In this document: piece by piece, positions 1-6,570 of the stretch
Position numbering within the stretch: position 1 is the stretch's first letter
How the letters are laid out: every line of letters starts with the position of its first letter
NCBI GenBank assembly: GCA_046497275.1
Contig: JAWOFX010000058.1
Coordinates: forward strand, 1 to 12,789
Source: Promethearchaeia archaeon
Lineage (GTDB): Archaea > Asgardarchaeota > Lokiarchaeia > Sigyniarchaeales > SOKP01
Reading direction: 5' to 3'
DNA: 12,789 bases
Made by a program: the position numbers and the translations under genes
The notes under the pieces: generated by a model
Databases searched by the model: none
Told to the model about the DNA's origin: nothing
The model's input: only the letters and a program-made list of their open reading frames with translations

Positions 1-767
1 ATTTCTCGTAGTATTAACCATACATCTCTATAAGAAAACCCTCCGGGAATTGCAAATCCCGTCCCTGGAGCAATAGAAGGATCTAACGCATCAATATCTA
101 TAGACACGTAAAGATGAGTTATTTCTGATTTTTGAAAGAATGATACAATTTTCTGAATATATGTTTTTAAGCCATATTCTTTTATCTCGTATGCATTAAT
201 ATAAGATATATCTTCACTATTTGCTATTTCGTATTCTGGGATATCAATATCCCTTGTTCCCACGATTAAGAGATTATTATTATTAATATATTCCAAATCA
301 TAAATTCTATGTGAAATAGTAGCATGAGAATATACGCCTTTATCCCATTCTTCATAAAGATCGAGATGTGCATCAAATATTAGCACTCCTAATTTGTTCT
401 TTGGGTTAAAATGATCTCCGACTGCTTTTACGATTGGATACGTACAAAAATGATCCCCTCCAATCATCACAGGTATAACATCATCTTTTTCCTTGTAGAT
501 CTTCTCTATAAATTCAACAACATTTTTTAAGTTCTGATTCACATCAGTTCTTTTAATTTCTATATCTCCTAAATCCACAACTTTAAAAGTTGGAATAAAT
601 TGCCCCATTTCTGTGGTTAAGGCTAAATCATTGGTTACCTCCCTAATTTTTTCGGGGGCGTCTGATGAGTTAGGTAAATCTATAGAGGTAAGATAATCCC
701 ATGGAAATCCGAAGAGTACAAATTTCGTATCCTTCGTTATTACTTCACCAAAATCAAAAAATGTCAT
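1..767 (-). CDS. Ureohydrolase, agmatinase/arginase family (3'-truncated by window edge)
   Basis: Hand translation from ATG at 767 (MTFFDFGEVITKDTKFVLFGFPWD...) is open to the window edge. It carries the binuclear-metal motifs GGDH, DAHLD, SH(AT) and SIDIDALDPSIAPGTG..PGG. Not in the ORF track. speB-like, but substrate loops diverge, so no symbol is given. Confidence 0.92.
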   Translation of the reverse strand, partial: MTFFDFGEVITKDTKFVLFGFPWDYLTSIDLPNSSDAPEKIREVTNDLALTTEMGQFIPTFKVVDLGDIEIKRTDVNQNLKNVVEFIEKIYKEKDDVIPVMIGGDHFCTYPIVKAVGDHFNPKNKLGVLIFDAHLDLYEEWDKGVYSHATISHRIYDLEYINNNNLLIVGTRDIDIPEYEIANSEDISYINAYEIKEYGLKTYIQKIVSFFQKSEITHLYVSIDIDALDPSIAPGTGFAIPGGFSYRDVWLILRE

Positions 768-790
768 GATATTGTACTCTCAATTAATTA

Positions 791-2506
791 TTACATTTCT
801 TTTAATATGTCTATACCAATTAAATTTAATCCAATTTTAATTACGATTTGCACGCATTTAATCAATAATAATCTTGCTCTTTCCAACTCTTTATTTTCTT
901 GAATAACTTGGCAAGAATTGTAAAAAGAATTAAAATTTTGCCCTAAATTGAGGAGATATTGTGGAATAAGATGGATATCATAACTCTTTGCAGCATCATT
1001 TACAATTTCAGGGAAATAATTCAATTGGTTAATTAGGGTTAATTCTGTTTTGTGAGCAAACTGACTTGGATCGATATCTGTGCTTATTTTTTCTTTTGAT
1101 TTCTCAATGATTGATTGAATTCGAGCATAAACATATTGAATATAAGGACCTGTTTCACCTTCAAAAGAAATGCTTTCTTCTGGATTGAATATAAAATCAT
1201 TTTTAGGATTTATTTTCAGAATGAAGAATTTCAAAGCCGCCATCCCAATTTTTTTTGATCTTTCGCTCTTTTCTTTCTCAGATAAATTAGGATATCTGCT
1301 ATTAACTTCTTCATAAGCAATTTTTATCATCTCATCCACTAAATCATCCGCATCAACTACCGTCCCTTCTCTGCTTTTCATTTTACCTTCAGGGAGATAT
1401 ATCATTCCATAAGAAAGATGATATTTATGTTCTTCAAACCCCAGTAAATCTAAAACTGCGAATAATTGCTTAAAATACATATCTTGTTCATTTCCAACTA
1501 CATAAATAGAAGCATCGTAGTTAAAATCCTTTTTCTTTAAATACGCTAAATAAATATCTTGAGTTATATAAATAGATGTGCCATCACTCCTCAGAAGTAT
1601 TTTATCGGGTAAACCATAATTTTGCTTTAAAGGTGCTTTGATGGCTCCATCCGGAGTTTTTACAAATAATCCTTTTTCATAACCATTAAGAATAATTTCC
1701 TTACCTTTTCTATAATAATTTGATTCAAAATACTGTTTATCAAAAGAGATATCAAATGTCTCATATGTTTCTTGAAACCCTTCAACCGCCCATTTATTCA
1801 TTTTCTCCCATAATGCACGGACTTCAGGATCTCCCTCTTCCCATTTTTGAAGTAAATCTTGAACTTCTTCGATGATTTCTTCATCCTTTTCTTCAAGTTG
1901 ATTATATTTCACATAGAAATCTCCTACAAAATGATCAGGTTTTTTGTTAGGTGTTTTTTTATCTCCAAATTTTTTATATGCAAGCATCGATTTGCATATG
2001 TGGATCCCTCTATCATTGTTTAAATTTACTTGAAAAATCTTATTTCCTTTATATTCCAAGAGATTTGAGGTTGATTTACCAATTAACATATTTCGAATGT
2101 GACCTAAATGAAGAGGTTTGTTTGTGTTTGGAGACGGATATTCTATAACTATTCTCTGAGATTCTAGGTCTTTTTCATTAAACTTTTCCTTTACTCTCCC
2201 ATAATCTTCTCCCATAGAATAAATGAGATCTAATTGTAATAATGGATTAACTCTAAAATTAAGATAAGGTCCATCTGATTGTAATACTTCTAAAAATTCA
2301 GGTTTTTTTAAATTTTCTTTTAGTTGCTTTGCTATTTGTTGAGGAGCTTTCTTTTCATGTTTAGCTAATCGAAAAACGGGAAAAGCATAAGTAAAATTAA
2401 TTTCAGAGGGAGGAATTTCTATCATTGCTTCTATTTCTTCCTCAGATATATATGGAACTTGGGTGCTAATGAATTTTGCTATCCTTTTTTTATCAACGAA
2501 TATCAT
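791..2506 (-). CDS. argS: Arginine--tRNA ligase (class I aaRS)
   Basis: 571 aa. HIGH-type motif SPNTNKPLHLGHIRN, RSDGTSIYITQD, YVVGNEQ, KMKSREG (KMSKS equivalent), GETGPYIQY and a DALR-type anticodon domain ending ARLLL...GLNLIGI...EM. Confidence 0.98.
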   Translation of the reverse strand: MIFVDKKRIAKFISTQVPYISEEEIEAMIEIPPSEINFTYAFPVFRLAKHEKKAPQQIAKQLKENLKKPEFLEVLQSDGPYLNFRVNPLLQLDLIYSMGEDYGRVKEKFNEKDLESQRIVIEYPSPNTNKPLHLGHIRNMLIGKSTSNLLEYKGNKIFQVNLNNDRGIHICKSMLAYKKFGDKKTPNKKPDHFVGDFYVKYNQLEEKDEEIIEEVQDLLQKWEEGDPEVRALWEKMNKWAVEGFQETYETFDISFDKQYFESNYYRKGKEIILNGYEKGLFVKTPDGAIKAPLKQNYGLPDKILLRSDGTSIYITQDIYLAYLKKKDFNYDASIYVVGNEQDMYFKQLFAVLDLLGFEEHKYHLSYGMIYLPEGKMKSREGTVVDADDLVDEMIKIAYEEVNSRYPNLSEKEKSERSKKIGMAALKFFILKINPKNDFIFNPEESISFEGETGPYIQYVYARIQSIIEKSKEKISTDIDPSQFAHKTELTLINQLNYFPEIVNDAAKSYDIHLIPQYLLNLGQNFNSFYNSCQVIQENKELERARLLLIKCVQIVIKIGLNLIGIDILKEM

Positions 2507-2604
2507 ACAAATAGCATTTGGGTCTATTTTTAATAAAATTAATTTTCTCTGCTATTGAAAAATTAAAAATAGAGTAAAAAACTTTTCATAGTAAATAATT
2601 GGAT

Positions 2605-2611
2605 GGTGTGA
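2605..2611 (+). promoter_or_regulatory. Putative Shine-Dalgarno GGTGTGA before the candidate ATT start at 2616
   Basis: Resembles the archaeal GGAGGTGA consensus with a 4-nt spacer. GAAGTGA precedes two other ATG starts in this window (8227 and 12331). Confidence 0.45.
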
Positions 2612-2615
2612 TTTT

Positions 2616-3824
2616 ATTTCCTTTAAAAAAAAATTAGATAATAACTTTCAAGAATGGCCGATTTTTGATAAAACAGATATTAAAGTATTAAAACAAACTC
2701 TTGAATCTGGCAATTGGTGGGCGGGATCACCCAGTCAACATTGTGGAGAGAATGTGTGGGAATTTCAAAATGAATTTGCCAATTTTCAAGAAAGTAAACA
2801 TTGCATAGCAGTTGCAAATGGGACTGTTGCGATAGAAGCAGCACTATTAGCTCTAGGAATAGGCTTGGGCGATGAGGTGATTGTATCAGATTATACTTTT
2901 GTCGCTTCTGCCTCCGCGGTGGTTGCTACTAATGCAGTACCTATCTTTTGTGATATTAATCCGCAAACTCTCGTTATGGATGTGGATAAAGTTGAGAGTC
3001 TAATTAATGAACGTACTAAAGCAATAATCCCAGTCCATCTGGGAGGTAACCCTGTGGAAATAGATAAACTATTGGAAATTGCTAAAAAATATAATCTCAA
3101 AATTGTTGAAGATTCTTCACATGCTCAAGGGACTCTTTATAAGGGAAAAAGAGCTGGTAATTGGGGAAATGCTGGAACTTTTAGTTTTCAAGCATCTAAA
3201 GTTTTAACCAGTGGAGAAGGAGGTGCTATTATAACTAATGATGATAATTTGGCTGATAAAATCTATTCAATCATTGATTGTGGCAGAAAGAAAAACCATT
3301 TTTCTTATGCACATTTTGTCTATGGTACTAATTATCGCATAAGTGAATTTTTAGCAGCATTGTTGAGATCTCAATTAAAAAAATTTCCTGAGCAACATAA
3401 AATTCGAAATGAACATGCAAAATATTTCTCAGATAGATTAAACCAAATTGAAGGAATATATGCTATGAAACCAACTCCAGGCACCACAATGTTAGGATGG
3501 TATGTGTTTCCAATTGTATTTGAATCAGAAAAATTCGGAAATCTAACTAAAAATGAATTCTACAATAAATTAAATCAAAACGGAATTCCAACGGATGCTT
3601 GTTATCCTCCACTTCATAGTTTGCAATGTTTTAAAGGGGTAAAACTTCGTAAAGGAATAGATTATTCCCAAGCTAATTGGGGCGGAATAAAAAGTAATGA
3701 TGAAAATTTTCCTGTTGTTTCAGACATATATACTCGAAGTGTTGAATTTCCGCAAGAGATGTTATTATCATCAAAAGAGAAACTAGACCAAGTGGTTGAT
3801 TTTATAAAAACCTTAAAAAAATAA
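2616..3824 (+). CDS. DegT/DnrJ/EryC1/StrS family PLP-dependent aminotransferase; true start uncertain (ORF track GTG 2754 is too late)
   Basis: Motifs ANGT.A, GDEVIV..YTF.ASA, IIPVHLGG, VEDSSHAQG, GTFSFQASK(PLP-Lys)VLTSGEGG and GTNYRISE. The frame is open from 2595 and encodes the family-typical N-terminus WPIFDKTDIKVLKQTLESGNWW upstream of 2754. Start 2616 (ATT) is a hypothesis; the family call is firm. Confidence 0.9.
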   Translation: MSFKKKLDNNFQEWPIFDKTDIKVLKQTLESGNWWAGSPSQHCGENVWEFQNEFANFQESKHCIAVANGTVAIEAALLALGIGLGDEVIVSDYTFVASASAVVATNAVPIFCDINPQTLVMDVDKVESLINERTKAIIPVHLGGNPVEIDKLLEIAKKYNLKIVEDSSHAQGTLYKGKRAGNWGNAGTFSFQASKVLTSGEGGAIITNDDNLADKIYSIIDCGRKKNHFSYAHFVYGTNYRISEFLAALLRSQLKKFPEQHKIRNEHAKYFSDRLNQIEGIYAMKPTPGTTMLGWYVFPIVFESEKFGNLTKNEFYNKLNQNGIPTDACYPPLHSLQCFKGVKLRKGIDYSQANWGGIKSNDENFPVVSDIYTRSVEFPQEMLLSSKEKLDQVVDFIKTLKK

Positions 3825-3918
3825 AATAAAATAAAATCTTCATATATTTATATATTAATCTATTTTTGAAACAAAAATTAGTTATAAATATTGATTTTTA
3901 TTCCAGGTTTTCTAATTA

Positions 3919-4755
3919 CTATTTAACAACTATTTCGATCTCTTTTTCTTTAAAACGCCTTACTTGCTTCGAGATCGTGGGAAATATTAAGTCATATGCG
4001 ATAAAAAGATACGGAGCTCCTTGATTAACAAGGAATACAATTTCAAATAATAGAAATATCAAACCGGTGGGTCGAATTCTGTAAAAAAATAGAGGAAATT
4101 CCATAAAAAAAGATTCTGCACATCCTACAATGAAAACATAACCGATAATTTTATAATTTTTTCTTTTAATAATATTTGTTCCATATAAGAGGGTTAGAAT
4201 AGAATATCCAATAATGATATTTATAATCCAAACGTTTATTTGGCTTTCCATATGTCTTACCGTGTATACTATTGAATTATTTAAAGGGATGATTATACTA
4301 AGAAGAGGAATCAACATCCATGCTCCAAAAAAGAATAGAGTATAAAATTTTATTTCTTTTTTATCTTGTTTATTAAAACTATTTTTTAATTTTTTTTTTT
4401 TAATTTTTTCATACATAATCCACATCCATGGAAATGCAAATAAGGAATATGAAATACACATCATAAAATCACAACTAAATTTTATCCAAAAATACTCTCC
4501 CAACGGATTTACTAATTGATTTCCATCAATCCAGTATTCTCTTATATATGTACCATCTATGGGTGTATTCCACCACCAAACGGCGTCTATAAAATATACA
4601 ATAAACCCACAGATCAAACCGAAGGAGAGAGCAGACCATTTCCTATTTTTTATGAGGAAATAAATCCAAATTGTTAGAAAAATACCATCAAATAAGATAT
4701 AATCATATTGAAAATATCTTGTGGGTTCAATAAACAGTTCAAATTCAAATATCAT
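3919..4755 (-). CDS. Hypothetical polytopic membrane protein (~7 TM)
   Basis: 278 aa ORF with an ATG start, about 7 hydrophobic Phe/Ile/Leu/Trp-rich segments, Lys-rich loops and a charged C-tail. Family not recognised. Confidence 0.85.
   Translation of the reverse strand: MIFEFELFIEPTRYFQYDYILFDGIFLTIWIYFLIKNRKWSALSFGLICGFIVYFIDAVWWWNTPIDGTYIREYWIDGNQLVNPLGEYFWIKFSCDFMMCISYSLFAFPWMWIMYEKIKKKKLKNSFNKQDKKEIKFYTLFFFGAWMLIPLLSIIIPLNNSIVYTVRHMESQINVWIINIIIGYSILTLLYGTNIIKRKNYKIIGYVFIVGCAESFFMEFPLFFYRIRPTGLIFLLFEIVFLVNQGAPYLFIAYDLIFPTISKQVRRFKEKEIEIVVK
4390..4401 (-). repeat. A12 homopolymer inside the membrane-protein CDS (encodes part of IKKKKL)
   Basis: T run 4390-4401 on the + strand, read directly. 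Confidence 0.9.
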
Positions 4756-4920
4756 ATATTACACAACAAATATTAATTATTCTGTTCAAATAGGGTATTT
4801 TTTTTAAAGGGATGTAACAAAATATAGAATCGATAATATTGATTCCAATAAAAACCTTTAATTAGGTTAACATCATTTTTCTTTCGAGATTTAAAATTTT
4901 TTTCCTCAAGGATTGAGCAT

Positions 4921-4950
4921 TGAGAGATTAACACTCAATTTAATCTCTTA
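4921..4950. repeat. Inverted repeat AGAGATTAA-N8-TTAATCTCT in a divergent intergenic region
   Basis: Perfect 9-bp arms at 4923-4931 and 4940-4948, extendable by G.T and T-A pairs. Function (operator or hairpin) unknown. Confidence 0.6.
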
Positions 4951-4998
4951 AAAAATTTTATTGAAACTATTTTATTTTGTCCCTTTGAATATAAATTA

Positions 4999-5008
4999 TT
5001 ATATATAA
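4999..5008 (+). promoter_or_regulatory. Candidate TATA box (TTATATATAA) for the 5055 gene
   Basis: Matches the archaeal TATA consensus about 46 nt upstream of ATG 5055. The AT-rich background lowers specificity. Confidence 0.4.
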
Positions 5009-5054
5009 AGTGCAATCTAATTTAATTAAAAAAGATCTAAAGGACAAATTAATT

Positions 5055-5423
5055 ATGAGCGAAGATATTTCTAAAAATCTAATGTTAAAATGGAATGAAG
5101 AATTAGGAAAATTCAATCCCTTAAAATCTGAGGGAGATATGAAAGAAGGAATTTTTTTAGAATTTATTCCTGACAAAAATCATTGGAAATATTTTTATAT
5201 AAAAGGAGCATCTCTAATAAATAGAAGGACTGCTCTCAGAGCGGCTAACGGTATTTCTAAAGTGGGATATCTGCATCCAGAGACGGATTTACGATATGGA
5301 GTAAATCTAAAGTTGAAAGAAGAAAACTCTCCATATGAAGATATGCCCCAGAACATCATTAGAGCGCAACGCACGTGGTATGACCCATCTTATAAGAAAC
5401 AAAAACCCAAAAAAGAAGAATAA
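5055..5423 (+). CDS. Small hypothetical protein (122 aa), possibly a divergent gelsolin-like fold
   Basis: ATG 5055 is preceded by AAGGA and is preferred over GTG 5010. Protein-like composition, and it fills the gap between flanking genes. The fold guess comes from a strand-turn-strand-GxS-long-helix pattern only. Confidence 0.75.
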   Translation: MSEDISKNLMLKWNEELGKFNPLKSEGDMKEGIFLEFIPDKNHWKYFYIKGASLINRRTALRAANGISKVGYLHPETDLRYGVNLKLKEENSPYEDMPQNIIRAQRTWYDPSYKKQKPKKEE

Positions 5424-5459
5424 TTATGATTTTGAAATTTAAGAGAAACAATATATAAT

Positions 5460-6509
5460 CTATAAATAATCTATTTCTTCTTTCTTATTTGTTTTGGCGC
5501 TTTTATACATAGTTTCAGCTATCTGCAATATTTTAAGACCGAATTCTCCATCGGTATATATTTTTTTGTTTCCTATAATCGCATCGACAAAATGTTGAAT
5601 CTCTTGTGGATATCCGAAAGTCCAAGCTTCATTTGGTACGGGAAATGTCCATCCTTTAGTTGAACTTGCTTTTTCCACCGCATAACCATACCCTTTCTCA
5701 CTATAAACACGTATTTGATTATTAAATGTGGGAGATACAGATATTTGCCCATCAATTCCATAGAGTTCGAATCCCATATCATAACCCCCAGGTTTTGTCC
5801 AAGACTCTTCGATTACAACGTGGGCACCATTTTCAAAATATAAAATACCCACAGCATTATCTTCCACTTCACATTTTCCATAAAGCTCTCTTTCTGGTAT
5901 AATAGTATTAGTTTGACAAAAAACCTCCTCAACTTCACAATCTAAATACCAAACTAAGCATGCAATATCGTGAATACCTAAATCTAATAGTGCTCCTCCC
6001 CCTGCTTTATCTTTTTTATAAAACCATGAAGAATGAGGTCCAGAATGTTGTTCTCGACCATTTGCCATATAAATTTCTCCAATTCCTCCCTCCTCGATAA
6101 CTTCTTTGGTTTTTTTAAAACAAGGAGCATATATATTGTTTTCACAATAAAAAATACGTCGATTTGAAGATTTCTCAGCATCGAGCATCTTAATCCCTTC
6201 TTCTACTCTTCTAGCTAACGGTTTCTCTATTAAAACGTGTGCTCCTGAGTTCAATGCATCTATAGCGACTTTTTTGTGTAAATAATTAGGTAAACATATT
6301 GAAATAGCATCACAATCTTGTTTCAAGAGGTTTTGATAGTCTTTATACCACTTACATTCTAATCCTAATTTTTTTCTGATCCTATTCGGATTCTCTTCAT
6401 GCAAAGCAGAAATACCAATTATTTCCACTTCCTGAAGTAGTTGATAGCCATATGCATGGTGATCAGCAACAAATCCTGCTCCTATTATTCCCACTTTTAA
6501 TTTTTTCAT
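5460..6509 (-). CDS. Gfo/Idh/MocA family NAD(P)-dependent oxidoreductase
   Basis: N-terminal Rossmann motif VGIIGAGFVA..H, D(A)ISICLPNYLH, HVLIEKPLA and GGGALLDLGIH. Confidence 0.96.
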   Translation of the reverse strand: MKKLKVGIIGAGFVADHHAYGYQLLQEVEIIGISALHEENPNRIRKKLGLECKWYKDYQNLLKQDCDAISICLPNYLHKKVAIDALNSGAHVLIEKPLARRVEEGIKMLDAEKSSNRRIFYCENNIYAPCFKKTKEVIEEGGIGEIYMANGREQHSGPHSSWFYKKDKAGGGALLDLGIHDIACLVWYLDCEVEEVFCQTNTIIPERELYGKCEVEDNAVGILYFENGAHVVIEESWTKPGGYDMGFELYGIDGQISVSPTFNNQIRVYSEKGYGYAVEKASSTKGWTFPVPNEAWTFGYPQEIQHFVDAIIGNKKIYTDGEFGLKILQIAETMYKSAKTNKKEEIDYL

Positions 6510-6570
6510 TTTTACATCGAAATTTTATTATTTTTATAGAATTTAATGACTTTTTATATTGCTAATTTTT

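Noticed and set aside
1951-3100. Short ORFs 1951-2148 (+) and 2891-3100 (-)
   Set aside because: Antisense shadows inside argS and the aminotransferase, with no recognisable motifs.
3817-3918. (TAAAA)n run and AT tracts between convergent genes
   Set aside because: Low-complexity terminator-zone sequence with no repeat-spacer structure, so not CRISPR or a mobile-element end.
3919-4755. Possible rhodopsin (schizo- or heliorhodopsin) because of ~7 TM in an Asgard-like genome
   Set aside because: The last helix has no retinal-binding Lys (no DxxxK, FxxxK or SxxxK) and no helix-C RYxxW-type motif.
4967-5176. 69-aa minus-strand ORF
   Set aside because: Overlaps the better-supported 5055-5423 gene antisense, and its composition is typical of a reverse-frame artefact.
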